Positions 48,912-58,420 of a DNA stretch of 64,000 bases are shown one piece after another. Made by a program: the position numbers and the translations under genes. The notes beneath the pieces were generated by a model. The model was given only the letters and a program-made list of their open reading frames with translations, was not told where the DNA came from and did no database searches. The stretch is taken from contig OY761614.1 of assembly GCA_963664825.1 (NCBI GenBank), positions 2,816,001-2,880,000 on the forward strand, read 5' to 3'. Every line of letters begins with the position of its first letter. Within the stretch, counting starts at the first letter, position 1. The DNA comes from an uncultured Holophaga sp. (lineage in GTDB: Bacteria; Acidobacteriota; Holophagae; Holophagales; Holophagaceae).

Positions 48912-49010
48912 CATCACGTGTGCCCCATGGGGGCATGATGTCTGACAAGCTAGGATGAAGGGGGGCTGTTCGGTCCCTGGAGTGGAAGATACGTGGGATT
49001 TTCGGGGTTG

Positions 49011-51143
49011 ATGAGCGGCAAGGCGCCGCCTCGGCGGTTGCTGGGGAGGCCGGAGGCCCAGGACCTAGCCGCGCCTCGGCTTTCCTGGGTGATCAGCCTG
49101 ATGCTGCTCTGGGCCCTGACGATCCTCCTGCGCCTGTTGTGGCTCCAGGTCATCGCCCACGAACGCTACCATCTGCGGGCCGAACACCAGCATTTCACGC
49201 GCCTGCCCAGGCCCTCCATTCGGGGGGAACTGCGGGATCGCCGGGGCGCCTCTCTGGCGATCTCCACCCGGGCCGAGAGCCTCTTCTGCACGCCCACCAG
49301 CTTCTATCCGGATTTCAGGGGGGGCAGGGGCGAACAGGACAGCACCTGGGGCGAGCCCGATCGCGCCAGCGCCCAGAAGGTGGCTGCCGCCCTGGCGCCC
49401 CTGCTGGAGACCAGCGCCCGGAATATCCAGGAGAAGCTGCTCCGCAAGAAGACCTTCGTCTATGTCGAGCGCCAGCTCCCGCCGGAGAAGGCTGCGGCCA
49501 TCAAGGCCCTGAAGCTCGATGGGGTGGATTTCCTGCCGGAGAGCCGTCGCCAGTATCCGCGCAATAGCCTGGCCTGTCAGATACTAGGCTTCACCAATAT
49601 TGATGGACTCGGGCAGCTGGGCATCGAGCACACCTTCAACGAACAGCTGGCGGGCAAGGACGGCGAACTCATCGCCCCCAAAGACGCCAAGGGGCATCTG
49701 CTCATCCTGCAGGAGAACTTCTCCAAGGTGCCGGTGAATGGTTCGACCCTCCAGCTCACCCTGGACGCCACCATCCAGCACATCGTGGAAGAGGCCCTGG
49801 AGGAGGGCGTGCAGCTCTACCACCCCCTCACGGCCTACGCCGTGGTGGTGGACCCCAGCACCGGCGAGATCCTGGCCATGGCCGGCACCCCCACCTTCGA
49901 TCCCAATTTTCCCGTATCCAAGAAGTTCAGGAACCGGCCCGAATCCGAATTCAGTGCTGCGGAAAAAGAGGAATACCACCACGAGCTGGAGCGCCAGAAG
50001 GCCGCGCGCAAGGTGCATCCCGTGGAGGATGCCTACGAACCGGGTTCCACCATGAAGATCTTCACGGCCGCCATCGCCCTGGAGGAGCGCAAGGTGCACC
50101 TGGGGGAGAAGATCAACTGCGAGGGAGGGCATTGGAAATACCTCGACAAGGTCATCACGGACACCCACCATACGGGCGTTTTGACCTTCGAGGAGGTGCT
50201 CTGGCAGAGCTCCAACGTGGGGGCCGCCAAAATCGGCCTTCGCCTGGATCCCACCGTGCACTACCAGTACCTGCGCAAGTTCGGCTTCGGAGACCGCACG
50301 GGCCTCAACTTCCCCGGGGAGACCCTGGGCCGCCTGCCAAGCCCGGATCAGTGGAGCGGCACCACCCAGCCCACCCTCTGCTACGGCTACGGTCTTTCGG
50401 TCTCCCCGCTCCAGATCCTCATGGCTGGGTGCGCCTTGGCCAATGGCGGCAAGCTCATGCAGCCCTACCTGGTGCAGCGGGTCTACAACGACCAGGGCGC
50501 CCTGCTCCAGGAGAATAAGCCCAAGGTCCGTTGCCAGGTCATCAGCGAGGAGACGAGCGCTCTCATGCGGGAGGTCCTGAAGGGCGTCATCACCAATGGC
50601 ACAGGCAAGAAGGCCCAGCTCGATGGGGGCGTGGAGGCCTTCGGCAAGACGGGCACGGCCCGGAAGATCGGGCCGGGCGGGAAGTACGACGCCAAGCGCC
50701 ACTACTCCTCCTTCATGGGTTTCTTCCCCGCCGACAAGCCCCAGTACGGCATGCTCTTCATGCTTGATGAGCCCTCCGGAGGGCTTGCGGGCGGTGACGT
50801 GGCGGCGCCCCTCTTCAAGAAGATCGGCGATGGCATCATGCGCTATCGCACCCTGGGGCGCGGAGCGGACCAGGAGCCGGATCTGAAGCTCTCCCTGCGG
50901 GACTGGGCCGCCAGCGAAACCGATGAGGCCACGGTGCATGTGGAGACCGGGAAGGTGCCCGATCTCAAGGGCCTGTCCCTGAAGGCGGCCATCCACCGGG
51001 TGGTGATGGCCGGGGGTGTGCCCCGGATCGAGGGCATCGCTGAAGGCCCCGAAGGCCCCTACGCCGTGAAAGGCCAGAGCCCCGCGGCCGGCAGCCCTTT
51101 GACCTTCGGCGAGGCGGTGAAGATCAAGCTGAGGGAACCATGA
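49011..51143 (+). CDS. ftsI: Class B PBP (FtsI/PBP3) with PASTA domain
   Basis: EPGSTMK, SSNVG, KTGTA; start uncertain (GTG 48993 possible). Confidence 0.93.
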   Translation: MSGKAPPRRLLGRPEAQDLAAPRLSWVISLMLLWALTILLRLLWLQVIAHERYHLRAEHQHFTRLPRPSIRGELRDRRGASLAISTRAESLFCTPTSFYPDFRGGRGEQDSTWGEPDRASAQKVAAALAPLLETSARNIQEKLLRKKTFVYVERQLPPEKAAAIKALKLDGVDFLPESRRQYPRNSLACQILGFTNIDGLGQLGIEHTFNEQLAGKDGELIAPKDAKGHLLILQENFSKVPVNGSTLQLTLDATIQHIVEEALEEGVQLYHPLTAYAVVVDPSTGEILAMAGTPTFDPNFPVSKKFRNRPESEFSAAEKEEYHHELERQKAARKVHPVEDAYEPGSTMKIFTAAIALEERKVHLGEKINCEGGHWKYLDKVITDTHHTGVLTFEEVLWQSSNVGAAKIGLRLDPTVHYQYLRKFGFGDRTGLNFPGETLGRLPSPDQWSGTTQPTLCYGYGLSVSPLQILMAGCALANGGKLMQPYLVQRVYNDQGALLQENKPKVRCQVISEETSALMREVLKGVITNGTGKKAQLDGGVEAFGKTGTARKIGPGGKYDAKRHYSSFMGFFPADKPQYGMLFMLDEPSGGLAGGDVAAPLFKKIGDGIMRYRTLGRGADQEPDLKLSLRDWAASETDEATVHVETGKVPDLKGLSLKAAIHRVVMAGGVPRIEGIAEGPEGPYAVKGQSPAAGSPLTFGEAVKIKLREP

Positions 51144-52660
51144 GATTCGGTGAACTGATCGAAGGCCTGCCTGGATTGGGGGAAGCCCGGGGGCCCCTGG
51201 ATCGAGAGATCCACGACCTGGGTTGCGATAGCCGGGAGATTCAGTCCGGATGGGCCTTCCTGGCCCTCCGGGGAGAGCATGCCGATGGGAGCGCTTTCGT
51301 TCCCGCGGCCCTGGAACGGGGGGCGGCGGCCATCTTCCACCAATCGCCGCTGAGCCTTCCGGGGGAGGTGCCTTCGGCCTGGTTCAGCCCTTCAGACCAG
51401 GGCGGCACTCCCGATGACGGCCTGGCCCGAGAACACATGGCGAGCCTCTCCCGGAAGCTGTACCGCGCCCCCGACGAGGCGCTCGCGCTCATGGGCGTCA
51501 CAGGCACCAATGGCAAGACCACCACCACCATGCTCATTCGGCAGCTGCTCTTGGGCGCGGGGCTGGGCTGCGGCCTGGTGGGCACCGTGTCCATCGCGGC
51601 GGGCACCGAGGAGCTTGAGGCCGTGCGCACCTCTCCGGAGAGCCCGGTCTTCTACCGGTGGATGCGGAAGGCCGCAGACGCCGGGGACGTGGCCATGGCC
51701 GTGGAGGTTTCCAGCCACGCCCTCTGCATGGCGAGGGTCCATGGAGCGCGCTTCCGGGTGGGCCTTTTCACCAACCTGACCCAGGATCATCTGGACTATC
51801 ACGGCACCATGGAGGCCTATTTTCAGGCCAAGTGCCGCCTCTTCGCCCAGTGCGAGCGGGTGCTGATCAATGGGGACGATCCCTACGGGCGACGCCTGCT
51901 GGAAGCCCATTCCGGTTATGCCAGCTACGGCATCGAGGGCCCGGCGGATTACCGTGCCCTGGATCTGAGGCTCTCCCCCACAGGGACTGGGTTTCAGCTC
52001 CAGACGCCCTCCGGGGTCTGGAGGGTGGAGAGTCCGCTGCTGGGCCGCTTCAATGCCTACAATCTGCTGGCGGCCTTGGCGGCCTGCGGGGAGGCGGGCT
52101 TCGACCTCGGGAAGCTCCTCCGGGCCGTGCCTGGGCTGAAGGGGGCGCCGGGGCGCCTGGATCGCGTGGATGTGGGCCAACCCTTCGGCGTGATGGTGGA
52201 CTATGCCCACACCCCCGATGCCCTGGAAAAGCTGCTGATCGCAGGCAAGGATCTCCTGCCTCCGGGAGGGCGCCTGCACGTGCTCTTCGGATGTGGGGGT
52301 GATCGCGATCGCACCAAGCGCCCCCTCATGGCTGGCGCTGTGGCCGCCGGGGCCGATGTCATCTGGCACACCAGCGATAACACACGCACAGAAAATCCCC
52401 AGCGCATGCTCGATGACGCCGCGGCGGGCATTCCAGCCGGTATTTTGGCTGACGCCGCCCGCTATCATCGCATCGCCGATCGCGCCCTGGCCGTAGAGGC
52501 CGCGCTGGCCGATTGTCGCCCCGGGGATCTGCTGCTCCTGGCCGGCAAGGGACACGAACCCTACCAGGACATCCTGGGCGTGAAACACCCCTACAGCGAC
52601 CGCGGGGCCGTGGAGGCCGTGCTGCGGGGAGAACGCATACCCAGACCCTGGGCGGGATGA
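51140..52660 (+). CDS. murE: UDP-MurNAc-dipeptide--DAP ligase
   Basis: GVTGTNGKTT, EVSSHAL, NLTQDHLDYH, DYAHTPD, GCGGDRD, SDNTR, AGKGHE. Confidence 0.96.
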   Translation: MRFGELIEGLPGLGEARGPLDREIHDLGCDSREIQSGWAFLALRGEHADGSAFVPAALERGAAAIFHQSPLSLPGEVPSAWFSPSDQGGTPDDGLAREHMASLSRKLYRAPDEALALMGVTGTNGKTTTTMLIRQLLLGAGLGCGLVGTVSIAAGTEELEAVRTSPESPVFYRWMRKAADAGDVAMAVEVSSHALCMARVHGARFRVGLFTNLTQDHLDYHGTMEAYFQAKCRLFAQCERVLINGDDPYGRRLLEAHSGYASYGIEGPADYRALDLRLSPTGTGFQLQTPSGVWRVESPLLGRFNAYNLLAALAACGEAGFDLGKLLRAVPGLKGAPGRLDRVDVGQPFGVMVDYAHTPDALEKLLIAGKDLLPPGGRLHVLFGCGGDRDRTKRPLMAGAVAAGADVIWHTSDNTRTENPQRMLDDAAAGIPAGILADAARYHRIADRALAVEAALADCRPGDLLLLAGKGHEPYQDILGVKHPYSDRGAVEAVLRGERIPRPWAG

Positions 52661-52751
52661 GCGCATGAACATGGCTAGAAGCACCACCAGTCATGAACTA
52701 GGATTTTGCATTCGGGTTGTTCACTTCGCCTTCGGTGGGCGACACATTACG

Positions 52752-52850
52752 GTATTTCGAGCCGCAGCACTGCACAGTTTGAGCTTCGCTCAAGCCTGTG
52801 CCGCGCCGTTCTACGCCGCCAGCCTACCGGCTGTCGGCTACTCGAAATGC
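52752..52850 (+). repeat. Structured palindromic element, copy B
   Basis: Outer stem GTATTTCGAG/CTCGAAATGC with two inner hairpins; homologous to copy A. Confidence 0.75.
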
Positions 52851-52876
52851 ACGATCTATCCTGCACGGGAGGTCCT

Positions 52877-54247
52877 GTGAGCCTCTGGTCTTTGGCGGAG
52901 GTGGCTCCGCACCTGGGGGCGCGCCTCGAGGGGGATGCCTCCATCGTCCCGACTTCGCTCTCCATGGATACGCGCACGATCCAGCGGGGGGCCTGTTTCG
53001 TGGCGATCCGGGCCGAGCGGGACGGGCATGGCTTCGCCTCCCAGGCCTTGGAAAAGGGGGCCTCCTGCCTGCTGGTGGATCACGAATTGGACTTCCGCTG
53101 TCCCCAAATGGTGGTGGGGGATACGCTAGTGGCCTTGCAGCGCTGGGGGCAGGAGCGCCTCGCGGCGGTGGCCCCGTCCAGGGTGCTGGGCGTCACGGGT
53201 TCCGTGGGCAAGACCAGCACCAAGGAGCTGTTGGCCGCGGCCACTGGCGCCTGGAAGACTCCCGGCAACCGCAACAATACCCTTGGCGTGCCGGAGGCCC
53301 TGGCCATGCTGCCCATGGGCACGGCCACGGTGGTGCTGGAGATGGGCATGAGCACGCCGGGGGAGATCAAGCGCCTCACGGAGATCGCGCCCTTGGATTT
53401 CGGCCTGATCACCATGGTGGGTGGATCCCATATCGAGAACTTCCAGGATGGTCAGCGCGGCATCGCCCAGGCCAAGGGGGAGCTGGTGGCCGGTCTCCGG
53501 CCCGGGGGCGTCTGGACCCATCTTGCTTCCGATGACTGGTGCCGCTGGATCAGCCTCCAGCCCTGGGCGGCCCATGCCAAGGCCATCGCGGTGGGGGAAG
53601 GCTGCGCCTATGGCTGGGAGGCCAGCCAGTCCCTGGGCGCCCGGGGTGAGCGCTTTCAGCTGCGCACGCCCAAGGGGCGCTTCCAGGTGGAACTCAAACT
53701 CCGGGGGCTGCACCAGGTGAGGAATGCCTCCCTGGCGGGAGCCCTGGCGGAGATCGCGGGCTTCGATCCCGGGGCCATCGTCCCAGGACTGGCCTCGGTG
53801 GAACCCGAGCCGGGGCGGGGGCGCCTGCATGAACTGACCGAGGGCGGCTGGCTCCTGGACGAGACCTACAATGCCAGTCCCGATTCCATTCGGGCCTGCG
53901 CGGCCACCCTGCTGGACCTGCCCGGCGGCCAACCCGTGGCCGTGCTCGGATGCATGCGGGAACTGGGTCGGGATTCCCAACGGCTCCACCAGGAGACGGG
54001 CGAAGCGCTGCGGGCCCTGGGCGTGCAGCGCCTGTGGGTCTTCGGGGACCAGGCTATCCCACTGGTTAAGGGCTTCGGCTCAGGGGCCAGAGCCTTCCCG
54101 GATTTCGAATCCCTGCGGGATGACCCCATGGGGCTCGGCGCGGTCCCGGAAGGGGCGCGCATCCTTGCCAAGGGGAGCCGATACTGGCGCGCGGAACGTG
54201 TGGTGGAATGGTTCCTGGCTTCTCGCGGCATGCCGGGGAAAGCCTGA
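52877..54247 (+). CDS. murF: UDP-MurNAc-tripeptide--D-Ala-D-Ala ligase
   Basis: GVTGSVGKTSTKE, GNRNNTLG, EMGMS, DETYNASP, KGSR; GGAGG SD before GTG. Confidence 0.95.
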   Translation: MSLWSLAEVAPHLGARLEGDASIVPTSLSMDTRTIQRGACFVAIRAERDGHGFASQALEKGASCLLVDHELDFRCPQMVVGDTLVALQRWGQERLAAVAPSRVLGVTGSVGKTSTKELLAAATGAWKTPGNRNNTLGVPEALAMLPMGTATVVLEMGMSTPGEIKRLTEIAPLDFGLITMVGGSHIENFQDGQRGIAQAKGELVAGLRPGGVWTHLASDDWCRWISLQPWAAHAKAIAVGEGCAYGWEASQSLGARGERFQLRTPKGRFQVELKLRGLHQVRNASLAGALAEIAGFDPGAIVPGLASVEPEPGRGRLHELTEGGWLLDETYNASPDSIRACAATLLDLPGGQPVAVLGCMRELGRDSQRLHQETGEALRALGVQRLWVFGDQAIPLVKGFGSGARAFPDFESLRDDPMGLGAVPEGARILAKGSRYWRAERVVEWFLASRGMPGKA

Positions 54248-54294
54248 TCCATCCGAAGAACGAAAAAAGAAAAGCGAAGAAAGGCACAACACCG

Positions 54295-55383
54295 ATGATC
54301 CCCTGGCTCTTCCATCCCTTCCGCGATTCCTTTCACGGCCTCTCCGTCTTCCGCTATGTGACCTTCCGCACGGGGCTGGCGGCGGCGACGGCCTTCATCC
54401 TTTCCCTGCTCTTGGGCCCGCTGGTGATCCGCACCCTCACGCGCCTGAAGATGGGCCAGCACATCCGGGAGGAAGGGCCCGAGCACCACCAGGCCAAGGA
54501 GGGGACGCCCACCATGGGGGGCATCCTCATCCTGGGGGTGATCCTGCTCTCGACCCTGCTGTGGTGCGAGCTGAGGAGCGTTCCCATCTGGGTGGCGCTC
54601 CTGTCGCTCCTAGGCTTTGGCCTAGTGGGAGCCTTCGACGATGCCCAGAAGCTCTTCAAGCGGCAGAACCTGGGCTTGAAAAGCTGGCAGAAGATGGTGC
54701 TCCTCACGGGGATTTCCCTGTTGGTGGCCTTTTTCGTCCTGCACTTCGGCCTGCGTGGCACCCACACGAGCCAACTCTCGGTGCCCTTCTTTAAAAATTT
54801 CCGGCCCGATGTGGGCATCTGCCTGGTGCCCTGGATCTGGCTGGTGATGGTGGGCACGAGCAACGCCGTCAATCTCTCGGATGGCCTGGACGGGCTGGCC
54901 ATCGGGGGGATCCTCATCGTGTCGGTCACCTTTGCGATCCTGGCCTATGTGGCGGGGCACGTGAAGATGGCTTCCTACCTCTTCGTGCCCTATGTGGCTG
55001 GCGGCGCCGAACTGAGCGTGTTCCTGGGAGCCATGGCCGGGGCCTCCCTGGGCTTCCTCTGGTTCAACGCCCATCCGGCCGAAATCTTCATGGGCGATAC
55101 GGGCAGCCTGGGGCTGGGCGGCGCCTTGGGCACCGTGGCCCTGATGATCAAGCAGGAGCTGCTGCTGGTGATCGCCGGGGGCCTCTTCGTGATGGAGGCC
55201 GTGAGCGTCATCCTGCAGGTGGGCAGCTTCAAACTGCGGGGAGGGAAGCGCATCTTCCGCATGGCCCCCTTCCACCATCACCTGGAACTGGGGGGGCTGA
55301 AGGAAACCAAGGTGGTGATCCGGCTGTGGATCACGGCCATCGTCTGCTCCATCCTGGCGCTATCCTCCCTGAAACTGCGGTAG
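54295..55383 (+). CDS. mraY: Phospho-N-acetylmuramoyl-pentapeptide transferase
   Basis: GTPTMGG, SNAVNLSDGLDGL, IFMGDTGS, MAPFHHH. Confidence 0.97.
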   Translation: MIPWLFHPFRDSFHGLSVFRYVTFRTGLAAATAFILSLLLGPLVIRTLTRLKMGQHIREEGPEHHQAKEGTPTMGGILILGVILLSTLLWCELRSVPIWVALLSLLGFGLVGAFDDAQKLFKRQNLGLKSWQKMVLLTGISLLVAFFVLHFGLRGTHTSQLSVPFFKNFRPDVGICLVPWIWLVMVGTSNAVNLSDGLDGLAIGGILIVSVTFAILAYVAGHVKMASYLFVPYVAGGAELSVFLGAMAGASLGFLWFNAHPAEIFMGDTGSLGLGGALGTVALMIKQELLLVIAGGLFVMEAVSVILQVGSFKLRGGKRIFRMAPFHHHLELGGLKETKVVIRLWITAIVCSILALSSLKLR

Positions 55384-55385
55384 GG

Positions 55386-56132
55386 TCAGGCCTTCAACTT
55401 CAGTGGCACGGGTTCGCCGAAGATGAAACCCTGGCCCCAGGGCACATCGGCGTCGATGACGGCCTGGAGTTCCTCGGCGGTCTCGATGCCTTCGGCGATG
55501 TAGCCCACGTTCATCCGTGCGGCGAAGACCGATAGCGCGTTCAGCAGCGCGGCCTGGTAGGGGCGGCGATGGGCCTGGTGCACGAGGGAACGGTCCACCT
55601 TGATGAAGTCCGGCGCCAGCCTGGCCATGTGCGTGAGGCTGGCCACGCCGCTGCCCAGATCATCGACGGCGATGCGCAGCTCCAGATCCCTCAGCCGCCG
55701 GGCAAAGGCCTCCAGCTTTTCCAGGTCGTATCCCGCGAAGGACTCGGTGATCTCGATGACGATGCGATGGGGTGGGATGGCCAGATTCCAGAGCCAGGGC
55801 TGGAGCTGCTTCCAGAATTCCGGAGTATCCAGGGTCATGGGATGGAGGTTGATGAAGAGCAGGTGGTCTGTGACGGGTGTTTCAGCCAAGGCCTTGAAGA
55901 CCGCGCCCAGGCAGAGCAGATCCAGCTGTACCCGCATGGTGGAGGCCAGAGAGACATCCTCCAGCAGACTACCCACCGTGCGCATCTGGCCATCGATATC
56001 CTCGAAGCGGGTGAGCAGTTCGGTGGCCATGAGATGGCCGGAGCGCAGGTCGATGATGGAATGGGTATAGGTCGCCGCTGGGCGCTCGCCACTGAGGATG
56101 TCGTGGAGGGTCGATTCCTTCATCCAGGCCAT
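55386..56132 (-). CDS. Stand-alone EAL domain protein
   Basis: ELLTR, FINL, EITE, AVDDLGSG, IKVDR, AEGIET, QGF. Confidence 0.9.
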   Translation of the reverse strand: MAWMKESTLHDILSGERPAATYTHSIIDLRSGHLMATELLTRFEDIDGQMRTVGSLLEDVSLASTMRVQLDLLCLGAVFKALAETPVTDHLLFINLHPMTLDTPEFWKQLQPWLWNLAIPPHRIVIEITESFAGYDLEKLEAFARRLRDLELRIAVDDLGSGVASLTHMARLAPDFIKVDRSLVHQAHRRPYQAALLNALSVFAARMNVGYIAEGIETAEELQAVIDADVPWGQGFIFGEPVPLKLKA

Positions 56133-56238
56133 CGTAGATCAGTTCTGTCCATTCTGCGGGATTGGGTTTCTCGATTTGGATGGGAAGGGATGCACCCTGG
56201 ACGCCTTCCTGGAAGACTAGGAGTGCAAGGGAGATGGC

Positions 56239-57591
56239 ATGGGACGGATCGTGATCATCGGGGCGGGGCGTTCAGGACTCTCGGCGGCGGCCTTTCTCCG
56301 GAAATCCGGCCGGGATGTCGTATTGAATGAGCGCCGCGCCGAACCCGATGCGGCCACCGTCGCGCGCCTGGCGGAAATGGATGTGCCGGGTGTGTGGGGC
56401 GATCACCCGCTCGTGCTCCTGGATGCCTGTGACGAGGTCCTCCTGAGTCCTGGCGTGCCCCCCAGTCTGCCCTTCGTGCAGGAGGCTCTGGCCCGGGGCA
56501 TTCCTGTCATCGGCGAGCTGGAACTGGCGCATCGGGTCCTGCGTTCGCGTCAGGACCATTCCATGCTGCTGGCCATCACGGGCACCAACGGGAAGAGCAC
56601 CACCACCGATTTGACGGCCCACCTCTTGAAGACCTCCGGGCTGCCCACGGTGGCCTGCGGGAACCTGGGGGTGCCGCTCATCGAGGCTCTGGAGGGCGCC
56701 GCGAAGGGCACGCGCTTTGCCCTGGAGTGCTCCAGCTACCAGCTGGAGACCGTGCGCACCTTCCACGCGGAGGCGGCGGCCCTGCTCAACCTCACCCCCG
56801 ATCACCTGGCCCGCCACGGGAGCATGGATCGCTATCTTGAGGCCAAGCTCCGCATCTTCGAAGGGCAGGGGCCCGAGGATCTTCGACTGATGCCGATGAC
56901 CGAGGACATGCCCCCCCAGGTGCCCGGTCGGGGCACCCAGGCCCGCTTCGGATGGCGGGATCCCGGGACGCTGGGCGCCTGGTGCGATGAGGCCGGGCGT
57001 CTGCATCTGCGGGACAGGGAGCAAGTCTTCGAGCTGATCCACCGTTCAGAATTGCGCATACCCGGCGATCACAACGTGGAGAATGCCCTGGCGGCGGCCC
57101 TCCTGGCCCATCACGGAGGCGCAGGCCCCGAGGCCCTGCGCGCTGGGCTCCGCAGCTACCCGGGCCTGGCGCACCGCATCGCCTTCTGCGGCGAGCGAAG
57201 CGGCGTGAAGGCCTACAACGATTCCAAGGGCACCAATGTGGACGCGACCCTCACGGCTATTCGCGCCCTACAGGGTCCTCTTGTGCTCCTGTTGGGGGGC
57301 GAGGACAAGGGCAGCAGCTATGAGCCCCTGAGGGAGGCGCTGAAGGGTAAGCTGCGCGGCCTCGTTTTCCTGGGGGACGCCATCCCGCAATTGGAGCGGG
57401 ATCTGGGGGATTTGCCGCACGTCTCCATCTGGTCCTTCGATGAGGCCGTGGCCAGGGCCTTCTCCATCGCGGAACCCGGTGACCAGGTGCTCCTCAGCCC
57501 CGCCTGCGCCAGCTTCGATCAGTTCAAGAATTTCGAGGTGCGCGGCGAGCACTTCGAGGCGCTGGCGAAGGCCTGGGCGGAAGGAGCCTGA
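56239..57591 (+). CDS. murD: UDP-MurNAc-L-Ala--D-Glu ligase
   Basis: SPGVP, ITGTNGKSTT, ECSSYQL, NDSKGTN, SPACASFDQF. Confidence 0.96.
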   Translation: MGRIVIIGAGRSGLSAAAFLRKSGRDVVLNERRAEPDAATVARLAEMDVPGVWGDHPLVLLDACDEVLLSPGVPPSLPFVQEALARGIPVIGELELAHRVLRSRQDHSMLLAITGTNGKSTTTDLTAHLLKTSGLPTVACGNLGVPLIEALEGAAKGTRFALECSSYQLETVRTFHAEAAALLNLTPDHLARHGSMDRYLEAKLRIFEGQGPEDLRLMPMTEDMPPQVPGRGTQARFGWRDPGTLGAWCDEAGRLHLRDREQVFELIHRSELRIPGDHNVENALAAALLAHHGGAGPEALRAGLRSYPGLAHRIAFCGERSGVKAYNDSKGTNVDATLTAIRALQGPLVLLLGGEDKGSSYEPLREALKGKLRGLVFLGDAIPQLERDLGDLPHVSIWSFDEAVARAFSIAEPGDQVLLSPACASFDQFKNFEVRGEHFEALAKAWAEGA

Positions 57592-58412
57592 AGGCGTGAG
57601 ACCTTTTCCAGGGCGAAGGTCAGGGCGATGCAATCGGCCACGCCGCCCATGGTCAGGTTTATCTGGCGGTATTCCTCGTTGAGGTGGGAGAGCAGGAGGG
57701 TGGCGCTCTGCCCCTGTTCCAGGAGGCCCTGAAGGTAGGCGCCGTCCTTTTTCAGGCGCGCTAGGCCTTCCAGGCCGCAGCGGCGGATGGAGGTGGTGTC
57801 TTCCACCTGCTGCATGAGGAGCGCCATGAGGTAGTGCCCGGCGCGCTCAGGCTCCCAGCCCCAGCCCAGGGCCTTTCGGTAGGCTGGCCATCCGTATTCG
57901 AAGACGGCGGGAAGGCCCGCCTCGGCTTCCAGCCGGATGCCGCCCAGGGCGTGGCGGTGCCGGATCTCCGCGCCGTGGGAATCCAGGGCCTCGAAGTGGG
58001 CGAAAAATCTCGTGGCGGTATCCGCGATCCCCTTGCGCAGGGCCGGGATTCGGCCATCCCATTCCCAGGCGGCCATGAGCACCAGTCCCGATAGGAAGAT
58101 GTAGCCCTTGTGGGCGTTGGAATGGATCTCCCGGGTCATCCGGCCTTCGGCTTCGATGCCAGCCTGCACAAAATCCTCCAGGGGGCTCCCCTGGTGGCAA
58201 CACCGCAGGATCTCGTCGTAGTAGAGAGGCAGAAGTCCCGCCGAAGTCCGCATGCCTTCAAAGGTGAGATCCCTGTGGGAGCCGCTATCGTGGCGATCCA
58301 CGAGGCCAGGCTTGGGCGTGAGCTCCACTTCCCTCAGGGCGCCTTCGGCAAGGCTCTTGGCGAGGAGGGCAGGGAAGAGGTGATCCGGCGCGGAGGATTC
58401 CTTGGCAATCAT
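57519..58412 (-). CDS. citG: Triphosphoribosyl-dephospho-CoA synthase (CitG/MdcB family)
   Basis: EVELTPKPGLVD...GSHRDL, NAHKGYIFL, GIRLEA, DT, GGVAD; start uncertain (58436 possible). Confidence 0.85.
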   Translation of the reverse strand: MIAKESSAPDHLFPALLAKSLAEGALREVELTPKPGLVDRHDSGSHRDLTFEGMRTSAGLLPLYYDEILRCCHQGSPLEDFVQAGIEAEGRMTREIHSNAHKGYIFLSGLVLMAAWEWDGRIPALRKGIADTATRFFAHFEALDSHGAEIRHRHALGGIRLEAEAGLPAVFEYGWPAYRKALGWGWEPERAGHYLMALLMQQVEDTTSIRRCGLEGLARLKKDGAYLQGLLEQGQSATLLLSHLNEEYRQINLTMGGVADCIALTFALEKVSRLQAPSAQAFASASKCSPRTSKFLN

Positions 58413-58420
58413 GGATGCCC

